DNA of 64,000 bases from Pontiella sp. (GCA_050290185.1 JBNKHE010000001.1:98713-162712), one strand, 5' to 3'; shown: positions 47,696-59,347, counted from the stretch's first letter. A program made the numbers and translations. The notes: generated by a model from the letters alone, not told the origin.

Positions 47696-50197
47696 CTACT
47701 CATCCACAGCCTTATTCTTTTCGCTGGAGGTAAAGGCATTGATCGTCCACTCCGGTTTCTTGACGGTGCCTTCGAGTTTGATTTCGAACAACTTAAGCAG
47801 GGGATCCGTGAAAAACCGGAAGAATTTCGACACGTTGTTGTCACTGAGTACTTGCGCCTGCACATAGGCATCGAATCCATCGCTTGCAGAGTAGCGGCCG
47901 CGCCCCTTTGCGCTGAGCAGATCCCCGTCAAAGTAGGCGTTACCCGTGGAGGCCACACCATTCTTCAGCGCAAAATCACCAGAGAGCTGATTAATCGAGA
48001 ATATCTTAAAGGATGGGATGATATTACGCATGAGGTTGGAGAACCCGCTAAAAAACGGCAAATCAGCCAGCTGTCCGTTTTTTATTTTCACCCGGCCAGC
48101 CCCGTTGGCCGATTCAAAAAACCGCTTGGAAAAGTCCGATTCGGCCTGCAAGTTGCCGCTCAGTTCTCCCGTGGCTTCACTTTCCGTTTCCGGATCGATG
48201 TACTTAATAAATTGTTTAAAATCAGCCTTATTTATATGCACGTAGACCTTATACGGCGTTCCCGGCTCCAAGGGATCCAGCGACAAGGAAAGCGTCCCGT
48301 CCCCATTTCCGCCATATATATTAAACGCCGCATCCCCGACCAGAATGACCGGCCCCTCTCCGGTCACGGTTGTGGTCAAATGGTCCAGTGCCGCCATGGG
48401 CAGTTCCACCCGCGGTGCTTCCACTTCACCCGTGAACGCTGTGGCTTTCATATGTCGCCAATCCAGCAAACCCCGTCCGCTGATTTTGGCAGCACCCACC
48501 ACATTAACGGATTTGCTGAATATGCCATATCGCGGATCAATTGCATCCTCGATGGTTTTTGGATTTATACTGCCCATCGCGTCAAAACTGGCCACACCCT
48601 TCCGGAAATCCAGCGAAACCGATCCCTTTAAGAAATCGACGCCTTGCTTTGCGATGAGCCGATCTAGAGACAGGACCCCTTCCTTGTAGCAGGCAGAGGC
48701 ACTCATCGAAGTAAAAGGAACATGATGAAAACGCATGTCTTCGGCTGAGCCCTGGACATTGATAAAGAAACTACGCCAATTATCATAACAAGCCCCCAGT
48801 TCAACCCGCAGGTGCGGCGCTTCATCGTTAAACTTAAAACGGGAAATGACATTGGTTGCAATGCGGACATCCGCCAGAGGTTTCAGCAGCAGATTGGGAT
48901 CGATATCGCCTTCGGCAGTTACGCGAAACTCATGACCTGCAGCATCCCAAACGATTTCTCCGGTAGCCGCCCCTCCCCGCATGCTGCTGCCGGTTTCATC
49001 AGCGCGTTGCTCCTGCCCCGCCACCGTTCCCTTTAACTCGGAAATATCCAATCGACTACCCTTTCGGCCCAGCTTCCCTCTCAGGGAATTGATTTTCAAA
49101 TCCCGAAACAGGGTATTGCGCAGCAGGAACGATCCTGAAAGATTCTCAAGAAGATGCGCCGGATTGGCCGGACCCAACTGAAGATCAAACGAGGGAAACG
49201 ACTCCGGCTCGATTCCATATTGCGAAAGAAATTCAAACGGTGGCCGGGGACAGAGCTGAAACATTTTCTTCGTTGAAATGTCGTTGGAAACCGATGCCTG
49301 CATGGTCTTGCTGTCCAAGTCATAGAAGCCCTCGATTCCAAACATCTCGTTGTCCTTGTGCAAGGTGGCATGATTCAACTGGGCCCGGGGGAATTCATAG
49401 GAAGCCGAAAGCTCAGCCTTGCTGAAGAAAACATCACGGAACTCGAACGCTCCGACATACGCAGAACAGATCAGCCGGCTCGAGGCCGGCCGTGCGATAT
49501 CAAACAGAAAGTCTAGATCAACGGCAGCTTCCTCGCTTTGCGCCAACGCGGTCAGGACCTGTTCCACACCACGAGACCACCGCGGATCCATGGCAATAGC
49601 GCGGAATGCTTGCTCCTGGGATGACTCCACCGCTTCGCGCTCTTTTGCCGTGGCAAGGCGCACCGTGCCATTCACACTGAAGCTTGCCGCGTTCCACTGG
49701 ACCTGCCCGTTCTTTATGACGATGGAATCGGGAGACAGGGCTATCGACAGCTCCGTGTGCTCCACTTTTGTCAAACGACTATCGGCCAGTAAGCCGATCC
49801 CCCATTCCACCGAAGGTGACACGCGGATCCCGTTGGCCTTGATGTCGTACCCGCGGGCTTCGCGCAAACCACCTTTCACTCGTGCGTTTTTTCGCAAAAA
49901 CACCTCAGCAGCAGCAACAACAGGTTTAAGATCGTCCGGATCCCTGCTGTAACACCGGACGTTCGTGGCCCGCCAGCCGGACAGGCCAAGGTGGATACTT
50001 TCGATATCAACGGGAATTCCAGCGTCGTTTATACGGCTCACAATCCTGCGCAGTACCGGCTTGGGAACGCCGAAGAGGTTCAGGTACATGGCAACGCCCA
50101 ACCAGAGAACCAACCCACCGCATATGAGTTGAACCAGCCGGCGCATGATCCTGTAGGCCCGCCCACTGAGTCGTTGGCTGGGATGAAACATTCTCAT
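47696..50197 (-). CDS. AsmA-like membrane-anchored beta-rich protein
   Basis: N-terminal TM helix; C-terminal G.G...I..G.L...P.F..F and LEGT..KP.W. Confidence 0.75.
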   Translation of the reverse strand: MRMFHPSQRLSGRAYRIMRRLVQLICGGLVLWLGVAMYLNLFGVPKPVLRRIVSRINDAGIPVDIESIHLGLSGWRATNVRCYSRDPDDLKPVVAAAEVFLRKNARVKGGLREARGYDIKANGIRVSPSVEWGIGLLADSRLTKVEHTELSIALSPDSIVIKNGQVQWNAASFSVNGTVRLATAKEREAVESSQEQAFRAIAMDPRWSRGVEQVLTALAQSEEAAVDLDFLFDIARPASSRLICSAYVGAFEFRDVFFSKAELSASYEFPRAQLNHATLHKDNEMFGIEGFYDLDSKTMQASVSNDISTKKMFQLCPRPPFEFLSQYGIEPESFPSFDLQLGPANPAHLLENLSGSFLLRNTLFRDLKINSLRGKLGRKGSRLDISELKGTVAGQEQRADETGSSMRGGAATGEIVWDAAGHEFRVTAEGDIDPNLLLKPLADVRIATNVISRFKFNDEAPHLRVELGACYDNWRSFFINVQGSAEDMRFHHVPFTSMSASACYKEGVLSLDRLIAKQGVDFLKGSVSLDFRKGVASFDAMGSINPKTIEDAIDPRYGIFSKSVNVVGAAKISGRGLLDWRHMKATAFTGEVEAPRVELPMAALDHLTTTVTGEGPVILVGDAAFNIYGGNGDGTLSLSLDPLEPGTPYKVYVHINKADFKQFIKYIDPETESEATGELSGNLQAESDFSKRFFESANGAGRVKIKNGQLADLPFFSGFSNLMRNIIPSFKIFSINQLSGDFALKNGVASTGNAYFDGDLLSAKGRGRYSASDGFDAYVQAQVLSDNNVSKFFRFFTDPLLKLFEIKLEGTVKKPEWTINAFTSSEKNKAVDE

Positions 50198-51985
50198 CTA
50201 TTCGGGAACCTGTACCGCCATATCCGGTTTAACCACAAGATCGGACGAGATGGCATCAACCGTTGCTTTATCCAGATAGAAAACCACATCCCGCCCCTTG
50301 ACCATGGAGTAGTAACCTTCCGGCGACTCTCTGCCGACCAGCAGCACTCGACCCAGCTCATTGGAATCCACCAAGCCCACATAGAGTTCAACCGAAGGAT
50401 TAGACAACCCGTAGATATCAAGATTGCGCGGATTGTAGGCAATGTATTCAGAAGTGGAAATATTGCACAGTCGCTTGATCATGCGGTCAACAGCCGACGT
50501 ATCCACCTGGGCATTCCCATTGGATTCCAACGCAACATAGGGTTCGTCGGCTCCGCATTCCACAACCTGCCGGTCACTGCCGGTACGCTCCAGAATCAGC
50601 TTGTTTATGTCTTTCCTGTTCAAGCTCCAGATTTCCCTATTCTTGTAGGCCAGTGGATCAATGATCGAATCAGGCACCAACGGCAGGTTTATTTGAACTA
50701 TGCCCGGATCATCATTTATCCGAACCAGCAAGCCGTCTTTTCTCTCACCCGCAGGAAGTACTTCAATCCGATTCGTCTTGCCAGCTGCACCGGAAGCAAA
50801 GTCCAACGTCCACACCGGAGCCACGGTATTGGTCGAAACGTCGTAATCGGTAATCACGGCCTTGTTCCACAAGTCGACCAGGCTGTAGACAGCTTTGGGA
50901 TTCGCCGGCCATACGGCCGGGCTGGTCACCTGCCATGCACCCGACGGAGTGCTGGACAAGGCTAATTGCTTATCCCCGTGCTGAATCCTAACAGAAGTGA
51001 TTTCATCCTGGGCAAGCGTGAGAACACGCGCATCCCGGAACGGATTCGCGGGCAGCGAGAAGAACTGGAGAACATCCTCTTTCAACGCAAAGACCGAGGT
51101 GTCATCCGCCCGGCGCGCATAGATCAAGCCGGGACGACTGGGAATCGAATCGCCGAAGATCAGCGTCCGCGACGAACCATCGGAGCTTCCCAGCGAGATC
51201 TGCCGAGTCTCGTTCTGAAGACCGTATGCTGATAAGTCAGAGACATTTTCGGCAATAAAATCCTCAACCCGAATCTTCTGCAGCCTGCCGATGTATTCGG
51301 CAACTTCATAAGGGTCCGCCTGGGCCTCGATCGGTTGCTGGATCCGCCAATCATTAGACGACTCCTTCGCCACACGGACAAACCCCGCCGTCGACCCCCG
51401 GATCTCCAACCGTTTAACGCCAGCGATTTCGCCGGGGAACAGCACACGGTTGCGCAAATCATCTGGATTGGAAGGAATCACATCCCACACGTCACGCGGA
51501 ATCGTATAGATTTCATCGCTGCCTACCAGCCTCACGTACACTTCGAGCCCGGTGGGTGTCGTCCGACCGATCTCCCAGACGTGCCGGCCACGATTGTCAA
51601 CGGCCACAATTTCCATCGAAGGCGGATCGAAACCGTATGCGGAGGCATCAAGGCCCCGGAGCTTCAGCTGCCGGGCGGTGATCGTCGTGCCCTTGCCAAG
51701 CGAATCCAGCCCGACCATCAACTCAAAAACACGGGCAATATCGGCGCGGCCCATGCTATCCTCGGAATCTCCAACCATCCAGAGTCCGTTTTCCTTGACA
51801 CAATCGATCACGGAATTCGTCCCTTTAAACTGGAGAGAAGTCAGGGTTTTCGGATATAGGTCAAAAACCATGAGGCGTTTCATTTCCCGCTTTGGATTCT
51901 GTGCATGCCAGGTTTCCTGGGCAACAATGAACAGGCCCAGCACCAGAATGCTAATCAGTAGAACGCGTATGGATCGATCCTTCAT
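50198..51985 (-). CDS. Tandem DUF4340 protein
   Basis: Three repeats of the L..YG(L/F)..P motif; follows GldG-like gene. Confidence 0.85.
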   Translation of the reverse strand: MKDRSIRVLLISILVLGLFIVAQETWHAQNPKREMKRLMVFDLYPKTLTSLQFKGTNSVIDCVKENGLWMVGDSEDSMGRADIARVFELMVGLDSLGKGTTITARQLKLRGLDASAYGFDPPSMEIVAVDNRGRHVWEIGRTTPTGLEVYVRLVGSDEIYTIPRDVWDVIPSNPDDLRNRVLFPGEIAGVKRLEIRGSTAGFVRVAKESSNDWRIQQPIEAQADPYEVAEYIGRLQKIRVEDFIAENVSDLSAYGLQNETRQISLGSSDGSSRTLIFGDSIPSRPGLIYARRADDTSVFALKEDVLQFFSLPANPFRDARVLTLAQDEITSVRIQHGDKQLALSSTPSGAWQVTSPAVWPANPKAVYSLVDLWNKAVITDYDVSTNTVAPVWTLDFASGAAGKTNRIEVLPAGERKDGLLVRINDDPGIVQINLPLVPDSIIDPLAYKNREIWSLNRKDINKLILERTGSDRQVVECGADEPYVALESNGNAQVDTSAVDRMIKRLCNISTSEYIAYNPRNLDIYGLSNPSVELYVGLVDSNELGRVLLVGRESPEGYYSMVKGRDVVFYLDKATVDAISSDLVVKPDMAVQVPE

Positions 51986-51990
51986 GAATA

Positions 51991-53427
51991 CTACTTTCTC
52001 CTGCGGAACCAAACGATCAAACCCAGCGCCACCGCAATGCACGGGATTCCGGCAATATTAATCCAACCCAGTGTACGGAATTGCTTCATCGACAACCCCA
52101 GCTGCACCTCTTCGATCGGCTTGGGGGAGATGGCCAGAGTTTCATCGCGGCTCAGCAACCAGTTCAGCGCACTCATAAAAAGATCCGGGTTGCCGCCAAC
52201 CATCGCACCGTTGCTCACGAAATCGGAGTCCCCGAAGACCACCATTCTTGCAGGGTCGATCTGCACATCCAGTTCGTCCTGAGCCGCTCCACGTTCAACC
52301 GCCACACCCAGATAGATAGGCCCGCGACGATCCCCTGTATTCGCATCAAACTTAGCGTTTGTATCCTCCACCTGCGTTTCCGACCAGCTCTTTTCCGATG
52401 TGTTGAACAAAGGAACCACCGTCTGCAGGTCGTTCACGGAAACGGGATTGCCGGCCTTATCAAATGGAGGCTCGATGGACCGCGGAAGAATGAATTGAAC
52501 AATGGCATTTATTTTCATGCTGATCGGATGTGCATTGTAGCGGCGGATATGCACATCGCTGCCATGAAGGGTGTTTTCAGGATCCAGCACAATGTCGTTG
52601 CGCAGCGAGATCCCCCATCGCCGGAGCATGTCTTCCAGACCGGTTTCCCGCAATGCGTCGAGCAACACGAAGAGATGCCCACTCCGGCCCAAATAATCCT
52701 CGATCATTTCAACTTCAGCCGAACTCATCTTTTGCATGGGCCCCGCAATCACGACGGCAGCGGCATCATCGGGAACCACCTTTTCGTCGGTAAGTACCAG
52801 CTCCTTGACATCAATATTATCACGGAAAATGATGGATCCGATATCGCTGTATCCTACCATCTGGTCAAAATCGGTTACACGATGCTCTCCATGCCCTACG
52901 AGAAAATAAACCACCGGCGTTTCGCCTTCGACCAAGGCCTGAATAGCACTAGAGAAGGCCTGTTCCCCCTTGAATGCGGTCATCACCGGATCACGCCGTC
53001 CTTGAACAACCGTCATTTCGGCCAGGTCGGACTGATATAAATCCTTGCTCTTTCCATTAATGTCGAAAACAACCACCTTGGACGGAGTTATCCCGTATTT
53101 GTGCGCCAGCTTTTCGGCGCGAGCAGGATCGCGCAAGGGATCGACCCATTCAACACGGATGTTGCGGGACCGGTATTGATACTCTTCCAAAAGGTTCTCG
53201 ATATCGTCGTAAAGCTGGTTTTCCTGCTGGAAAAACACCGTCACGAGCACATCCTGATCCAGTTGATCCAGCAACTGCGTGGTTTTATCGGACAGTTTGT
53301 AGTAGTTGCGGTCGCTCAAATCGATCCGGAAGGGATTTCGCAGGGAGATAAAACCGATCATGAGGATCAGCACTAAAGCCAGAAACGCGGCGGCAACGGC
53401 CTTCAATTTTCTAAAATCTCGCTTCAT
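51991..53427 (-). CDS. GldG-like ABC accessory protein
   Basis: DLS....YKLS..T..LL..L, YFLVGHGE, IAGP, VFGDSDF, N.DLF...LNWL. Confidence 0.88.
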   Translation of the reverse strand: MKRDFRKLKAVAAAFLALVLILMIGFISLRNPFRIDLSDRNYYKLSDKTTQLLDQLDQDVLVTVFFQQENQLYDDIENLLEEYQYRSRNIRVEWVDPLRDPARAEKLAHKYGITPSKVVVFDINGKSKDLYQSDLAEMTVVQGRRDPVMTAFKGEQAFSSAIQALVEGETPVVYFLVGHGEHRVTDFDQMVGYSDIGSIIFRDNIDVKELVLTDEKVVPDDAAAVVIAGPMQKMSSAEVEMIEDYLGRSGHLFVLLDALRETGLEDMLRRWGISLRNDIVLDPENTLHGSDVHIRRYNAHPISMKINAIVQFILPRSIEPPFDKAGNPVSVNDLQTVVPLFNTSEKSWSETQVEDTNAKFDANTGDRRGPIYLGVAVERGAAQDELDVQIDPARMVVFGDSDFVSNGAMVGGNPDLFMSALNWLLSRDETLAISPKPIEEVQLGLSMKQFRTLGWINIAGIPCIAVALGLIVWFRRRK

Positions 53428-53447
53428 TTATTCTCTATCCTTGAGGC

Positions 53448-54200
53448 CTAGGTGCGCTTGCCTTCGATGATCTTCATGGAAACGAACAGGAACCATGCGG
53501 AATTACATAGATACATCACGATAATCCGGCTATCCAGAATCCCCCGTGAAAAATCCATCATGTGAACGAAAGACGAGTAATACTGGCCCAGAGTCCGCAC
53601 CGTGTTGCTTTGTGAATTCGAGGCCATGAAGGCCAGCACCAGCGTAGTTCCGAACAGAAGGGCGAACGACGAAATGGCGGCCACAATCTGGTTCGAGGTC
53701 AACGCCGACATGCAGAGACCCACGGAAAGGTACAGGCCGCCCACCAGAATAATGCCCATGGCCGCCGACCACATCGCACCGGCATCGGGGAACCCGACCA
53801 CCTCCGGTGGGCTGAAATGAATCAGTATTCCAATATACACAACGACAGGAAGCCACAGCACGATGTAGAACACCAGCGCTCCCGCAAATTTGGACAGGAC
53901 CAACTCCGGTATGCGTACAGACGTCGTCAGCAGAGCCTCCAGGGTGCCCAGCTTGCGCTCTTCCGCAAAGAGGCGCATCGTGATCAGCGGCACAACAAAG
54001 GGGACGGCAAAACTCAGCACCAGCCCTCCGAAAATTCCTTGCGTCGCAAACATCAGCGACTCGCCGTCCGCCATCTGGATCAGCAGCCAGATAAAGTTGC
54101 CGCCGGTCAGCACCCAGAAGAAAAACATCACCACATAGGCAATCGGTGAAAGGAAGCAGCTCCGCAGTTCCTTCTTGAAGAGGCTCAGGAATACACTCAC
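53448..54200 (-). CDS. ABC-2 permease (GldF-like)
   Basis: KKELRS.F.SPIAY, TMRLFAEERKLGT.E.L.T, SALTSNQIVA. Confidence 0.92.
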   Translation of the reverse strand: MSVFLSLFKKELRSCFLSPIAYVVMFFFWVLTGGNFIWLLIQMADGESLMFATQGIFGGLVLSFAVPFVVPLITMRLFAEERKLGTLEALLTTSVRIPELVLSKFAGALVFYIVLWLPVVVYIGILIHFSPPEVVGFPDAGAMWSAAMGIILVGGLYLSVGLCMSALTSNQIVAAISSFALLFGTTLVLAFMASNSQSNTVRTLGQYYSSFVHMMDFSRGILDSRIIVMYLCNSAWFLFVSMKIIEGKRT

Positions 54201-55138
54201 GATTTCTCCCCCTTGCTGCGCGTAATCTGGACAAAGGTATCTTCCAACGAATGCTGCTGCTCGGTTAGTTCCCGCAACATCCAGCCCTCCGCAACAGCCA
54301 GATTGAAAAGTTCCACCCGCATGGCAGGGGCATCCGCTTCAATCTCCAGCCACAGCCAGCCGTCGGCCAGCTCCGTGGCATTGCGCACATCCATGCCGGC
54401 CAGTGCACCCACCTTGGCCACCGCCGTATCCTTGTCGGCCATGATTTCCATCTCGATAATGGAACAGGCATGCAGTTTCCGGTGCAGGTTTTCCTCCGTG
54501 TCGGAAGCGACAATGCAACCCTCGTTGATAATCAGGATCCGTTCACAGATGGCTTCGACCTCCTGCAGGATATGCGTCGAAAGCAAAATGGTATGCTGCG
54601 TGGCCAGCTGAAGGATCAACTCGCGCACCTGCCGGATCTGGAAAGGATCGAGTCCCACCGTCGGCTCATCCAGAATCAGCAGGTCGGGATCGTGCACCAG
54701 GCTGTCGGCCAATCCCACACGCTGACGGTACCCCTTGGAAAGCTGTCCGATAATGCGGCGCCCCACCTCGGTCAGTCCGCATTGTTCCTTGACCTCGCCG
54801 ACCCTGGCCTTGCGGACAGACGATTTGACGCCCTTCAGTTCAGCGCGGAAACGCAAATATTCATCCACGCGCATTTCAGGATAGAGGGGGCAGCTTTCGG
54901 GCAGGTAGCCGATACGCCGACGCACCTCCTGCGGCTGGGTGGCCACATCAAATCCTGCAATCTCAATGGATCCGGAGTCCACCGGAAGATATCCCGCCAA
55001 CATGCGCATGGTAGTCGTCTTCCCCGCGCCGTTCGGCCCGAGAAATCCGACAATTTCACCCCGAGCTACCTCGAATGAAACATTATCCACCGCCAACCGC
55101 GCCGGATATTTCTTTGAAACTCCGTTTACCTTGATCAT
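54197..55138 (-). CDS. ABC ATP-binding protein (GldA-like)
   Basis: GPNGAGKTT, LSKGYRQRVG, LDEPT. Confidence 0.95.
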   Translation of the reverse strand: MIKVNGVSKKYPARLAVDNVSFEVARGEIVGFLGPNGAGKTTTMRMLAGYLPVDSGSIEIAGFDVATQPQEVRRRIGYLPESCPLYPEMRVDEYLRFRAELKGVKSSVRKARVGEVKEQCGLTEVGRRIIGQLSKGYRQRVGLADSLVHDPDLLILDEPTVGLDPFQIRQVRELILQLATQHTILLSTHILQEVEAICERILIINEGCIVASDTEENLHRKLHACSIIEMEIMADKDTAVAKVGALAGMDVRNATELADGWLWLEIEADAPAMRVELFNLAVAEGWMLRELTEQQHSLEDTFVQITRSKGEKS

Positions 55139-55208
55139 GTATAAGTCCGTCTAATAAAGCATTTCATTATGCCTGAGCCCTGCACCGAGTCAAGCAACCT
55201 GGCGGCAT

Positions 55209-55415
55209 TCAGCCGGCACCGCAATCCTTGCATAGATTACGAACAGAGCGATCCCATGTGGCCTCGCCCTCCTTAGAAAAGAAACAACCGGGAATCTGGC
55301 CCTTTGCCCGATGATAGGCTACGCATTCGCAACACACGCCACGTTTGTCGCAATCATAGGTACAGGTACAGAACTTCAGGTTTTCCCCTTTGCCTGGACA
55401 TGCCGCACCCATCAA
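55209..55415 (-). CDS. Small Cys-rich protein (DUF6485-like)
   Basis: N...CTCTY.C..RG.CCECVAYH....QIPGCFF...E.TWDRS. Confidence 0.8.
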   Translation of the reverse strand: MMGAACPGKGENLKFCTCTYDCDKRGVCCECVAYHRAKGQIPGCFFSKEGEATWDRSVRNLCKDCGAG

Positions 55416-56467
55416 TCATCCCCCCGCAGGATTTCATCCAGCGCGTCCAGGAATGCCAGCATCTCCGGCGCCGTTCCAATCGTGACGCGCAGATAGTCGC
55501 GTGTGCGCTCATCGCCGGAAAAATAGCGTACGATGATATTCTTTGTCCGCAGCGCCTTAAAAAGCGATTCCGCCGTAAAACCCAACGGTTTGATCCACAG
55601 AAAATTGGATTGGGAAGGGCAGACCTCAAACCCGAACTCCTCGAGCTTCTCTGTCACCATCTTGCGGGTTTCAACGATCGCCTCAACATTGGCTTTCATC
55701 GTGTCCTGATCGAGGATCGCCACGCGAGCAACTTCCTGTGTCAGATAGTTCACGTTGTACGAATCCTTGATCTTGTACATGGCACCGATCAGTTCGGCAT
55801 TCCCCACGCAATAACCCAACCGGATTCCCGCCAGCGAATAGGACTTCGAGAGCGTCCGCGCGACCAGAACATTGTCGTGCGCGATGGCAAACTCCATGCA
55901 GTTGTCGTCTGCAAAGTCGGCATAGGCCTCGTCAATCAGCACTACGCCGTCAAACTCCTTCACGAAACCTTCGATCGTGGCCTTTTCGTAAACCATGCTC
56001 GTGGGCGCATTGGGCTGCGTCAGAAAAAACAGCGATGCTTCGTAGTTTTTGGGCATATCCCAGCCAAACGCGGCATTGAGCGCAACCGGCCGTTTTTCAA
56101 CATCTTCAATGTCGGCCAAAACCGGATAAAGCGAATAGGACGGATCGAAATAGCCCACCGAGCCATCCCGTTCCACAAATGCGCGGATACACAGCGCCAG
56201 CACTTCATCCGAGCCATTTCCCACAAAAACATTTTCAACAGCGCACCCGTGCAGATCGGCAATTACCTTGCGCAGTTCCGTGCAAACCGGATCGGGATAA
56301 CGCGATAGAACCGCGATATCGACCATCGACAGAATATCCTGCACATCCGGCGAGGGCAGATACGGATTTTCGTTGGTATTCAGCTTGATGATTCCCTCGC
56401 CCTTCGGTTGCTCGCCGGGGACGTAGCCGGACATGGCCCGCACTGTTTTTCTAATCAAATCACTCAT
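55412..56467 (-). CDS. hisC: Histidinol-phosphate aminotransferase
   Basis: YVPGEQP, KLNTNENPY, GNGSDE, DEAY, RTLSKSYSLAGIRLG. Confidence 0.96.
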   Translation of the reverse strand: MSDLIRKTVRAMSGYVPGEQPKGEGIIKLNTNENPYLPSPDVQDILSMVDIAVLSRYPDPVCTELRKVIADLHGCAVENVFVGNGSDEVLALCIRAFVERDGSVGYFDPSYSLYPVLADIEDVEKRPVALNAAFGWDMPKNYEASLFFLTQPNAPTSMVYEKATIEGFVKEFDGVVLIDEAYADFADDNCMEFAIAHDNVLVARTLSKSYSLAGIRLGYCVGNAELIGAMYKIKDSYNVNYLTQEVARVAILDQDTMKANVEAIVETRKMVTEKLEEFGFEVCPSQSNFLWIKPLGFTAESLFKALRTKNIIVRYFSGDERTRDYLRVTIGTAPEMLAFLDALDEILRGDD

Positions 56468-56526
56468 AGGCTTCCTGTTACGTAAATCGCACTCCGAATT
56501 TAAAGACGGTGGAAATCATTCCCCCC

Positions 56527-57831
56527 TTACTCAAAACGAATCGTGGCGGAGCGCGCATGTCCGTCGAGGGTTTCAATGCGACCGAACGCCTCAACCACCG
56601 GCAAGGTGTCCTGCAGGTCTTCTTTGGTAAACCGGATCAGGCTGATGCGGCGGCGGAAATCTTCCACGGTCAGCCCCGAAAAATAGGCTGCCGTTCCGCC
56701 CGTCGGCAGCACATGGCTTGGTCCTGCGGCAAAGTCGCCCACCGATTCCGGAGTCCATTCGCCGATGAAGAGCGCTCCCGCATTCACTACTTTTCCGGCC
56801 CACTTATCAGGATTCTTGACCATCAATTCCATATGTTCCGGAGCAAACAGGTTGCACAGCTTCATGCCGTCGGCCAGATCCTTTACCACCACCAGCAGCA
56901 TGCCATTGGCCAGCACCTTGTTGATCGGCTCAGAACGCGACAGCGTTGCCGCCTGCTTAATAACCTCCGCACGAATGGCCTCGGCCTGCTTTTGCGAGGT
57001 CGTAACCAACAGAGACTTTTCCGATCCGGTTCCGTGCTCCGCCTGCGAAAGCAGGTCGGCCGCAACGTGGGCCGGATTGGCGAAGGTATCGCAAAGTACG
57101 GCAATCTCGCTCGGCCCGGCAACCATGTCGAGTGCAACATCACCGTATACCTGCCGTTTTGCGGCGGTAACATAGGGGCCGCCGGGCCCGACAATCTTGC
57201 GGACCTTGGCGATTGACTTGGTTCCGTAAGCCATTGCGCCGATCGCGTGTACCCCACCGATCTTGTAGATCTCGGTGGCACCGGCCAGATCGAGGGCATA
57301 GATTATGTAAGGGTTCAGTTTGCCGGTTGCATCCCCCGGTGAGCAGGCGACCAGTTCTTTCACGCCCGCCACCTTAGCCAGCGTGAGCGTCATCAGCGCG
57401 GTCGAAGCCAACGGAGCAGCACCGCCCGGAATGTAGGCGCCCACCCGGTCGAAGGCAACGAACCGTTCGCCGAGCATACCGCCCTTTGGCGTATCCATCT
57501 GCCAGTCATCGCGCAAACCATTCTTCGAGAACGCTACAATGCGCTTGTGCGCCTCTTTCGCCGCTTTCTTGAAATCGTCGTCGACCAGCGTCACCGCCTC
57601 GGCGATTTCCTCGGGGGAAACGCGAATACGGCGGGAGGAAATACTGGAGCCGTCAAACCGGCGGGCGCACTCAATGACGGCTTTGTCGCCGCGCTCCTTC
57701 ACATCAGCCAAAATGGCGGCAGCCGCCTTCATGGCCTGCTCCTCCACCGACGGGCGCAGAAGGAAATCCTCGACCTTCTTGTATTTCTTATCGGTGCCCC
57801 ATTTGACGATTGGTGCCAAATTCCTGCTCAT
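56527..57831 (-). CDS. hisD: Histidinol dehydrogenase
   Basis: YIPGG, KIVGPG, DMVAGPSE, LSQAEH, APEH, GPSHVLPT. Confidence 0.97.
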   Translation of the reverse strand: MSRNLAPIVKWGTDKKYKKVEDFLLRPSVEEQAMKAAAAILADVKERGDKAVIECARRFDGSSISSRRIRVSPEEIAEAVTLVDDDFKKAAKEAHKRIVAFSKNGLRDDWQMDTPKGGMLGERFVAFDRVGAYIPGGAAPLASTALMTLTLAKVAGVKELVACSPGDATGKLNPYIIYALDLAGATEIYKIGGVHAIGAMAYGTKSIAKVRKIVGPGGPYVTAAKRQVYGDVALDMVAGPSEIAVLCDTFANPAHVAADLLSQAEHGTGSEKSLLVTTSQKQAEAIRAEVIKQAATLSRSEPINKVLANGMLLVVVKDLADGMKLCNLFAPEHMELMVKNPDKWAGKVVNAGALFIGEWTPESVGDFAAGPSHVLPTGGTAAYFSGLTVEDFRRRISLIRFTKEDLQDTLPVVEAFGRIETLDGHARSATIRFE

Positions 57832-57894
57832 ATTTCTATCCTCTTGTTGTGCAAAACCTGCAAAATCTACCTGTAACCGGGCCTAATTCAACCC

Positions 57895-59262
57895 TTATTT
57901 ACCGATGCAGAAGCGCGAGAAAATATTATCCAGCAACTCCTCATGGTATACCCGGCCAGTAACCTGCCCCAGATATTCCAACGCCGAACGCAGATGTTCG
58001 CTGGCCAGTACTGCGTTGGCCTCGACGTTTTCATTCAGAAATGTCCGCGCCTGCTTTGCTTCGGAATGAGCTTTGACCAACAACTGCCGATGACGTTCGG
58101 AAATAACTGCATGGGGTGGTGTATGCAAATCCGCCCCCTTTTCGAGCGCATCGGCCATCGCCCGCTTTAGCTCCTCGACTCCCGTCCCTGCAATCAGGCA
58201 GGCCTCGACCCCTGAAACGCCCTCGATCCGGCGGCCTTGGTCCACCTTGTTGAGCACCACAATGCTCTTGTCGGGGTGCAGTTTATCCAGGCGAACCCGG
58301 TCCTCTTCGTGCAACGGTTGCGAGGCATCAACCAGATAAACCGACAGATGGGCCTCCTGACCGTGAGCTTCGGCGCGCCGGATGCCCTCGGCCTCTATTT
58401 CGCAGTCGGTCTCGCGCAGACCGGCGGTATCCGTAATACGCAACGGAATGCCATCGAGAACGAATCCTTCTTCGATCGTATCGCGCGTGGTACCTGCCGT
58501 GCTCGAAACAATGGCACGGTTGAAACCGAGCAGCGCATTCAAAAGGGTCGACTTCCCGGCATTGGGACGACCCAGAATCACCACGCGTGCGCCTTCCCGC
58601 AACAGTCGCCCCTCGTCCCAGGTATCGAGCAATTCATCCAGCGACCTGAACGTACGGTCCAGCAGATCGGCGATTCCCGCGAAGACATCATCCGGAAGCT
58701 CGTCTTCAACAAAGTCTAGAGTGGTTTCAAGATTGGCGGCTACTTCGAGAAAGGCATCGTAGATGGCATTGAACTGGTTGCTGAGCTTGCCTTCCATCTG
58801 CTCCATGGCGGCGCTGGCCGCCCGATCGGACCGGGCGCGGATCAGATCGAAAATGCCTTCGGCCTGGACTAGGTCAATACGGCCATTGAGAAAAGCGCGC
58901 TTGGTGAATTCGCCGGGTTCGGCCATGCGGGCGCCCGCTTCGAGCGCGCGCCGCAGGATGCGCCGCATACCCACGGCACCGCCGTGCCCCTGAATCTCCA
59001 CAACATCCTCGCAGGTGTAGCTTCTGGGAGCGCGCATCACCAGCGCCAGACCGGTATCGATCTCCCCGCCCTTCGAGTCCAGCACCTTGCCATAGACAAA
59101 GCGCCCATGCTCCAGCTCGGAAACCGGCGTTTTATCCAATGCGGTAAAGATGGTGTCGGCAATCACCCAGACCTCAGGCCCCGAAATGCGAACAATACCC
59201 ACCCCGCCCTCGCCGGGCGGCGTTGCAATTGCAGCAATCGTATCTGGTTCATACAAAGACAT
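57895..59262 (-). CDS. mnmE: tRNA modification GTPase MnmE
   Basis: [46 protein letters not shown]. Confidence 0.97.
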   Translation of the reverse strand: MSLYEPDTIAAIATPPGEGGVGIVRISGPEVWVIADTIFTALDKTPVSELEHGRFVYGKVLDSKGGEIDTGLALVMRAPRSYTCEDVVEIQGHGGAVGMRRILRRALEAGARMAEPGEFTKRAFLNGRIDLVQAEGIFDLIRARSDRAASAAMEQMEGKLSNQFNAIYDAFLEVAANLETTLDFVEDELPDDVFAGIADLLDRTFRSLDELLDTWDEGRLLREGARVVILGRPNAGKSTLLNALLGFNRAIVSSTAGTTRDTIEEGFVLDGIPLRITDTAGLRETDCEIEAEGIRRAEAHGQEAHLSVYLVDASQPLHEEDRVRLDKLHPDKSIVVLNKVDQGRRIEGVSGVEACLIAGTGVEELKRAMADALEKGADLHTPPHAVISERHRQLLVKAHSEAKQARTFLNENVEANAVLASEHLRSALEYLGQVTGRVYHEELLDNIFSRFCIGK

Positions 59263-59347
59263 GGGGCGGATGATAGCCGCTTCCGCCCGATGGGAAAGCA
59301 GAAAACCCATATTGCACAAACATCTCCGAAAGATTAGGATTCAGGAC

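Noticed and set aside
50198..55138. Gliding motility system
   Set aside because: GldA/F/G-like ABC plus DUF4340 clusters are widespread outside gliding bacteria; no other gld or spr genes in the window
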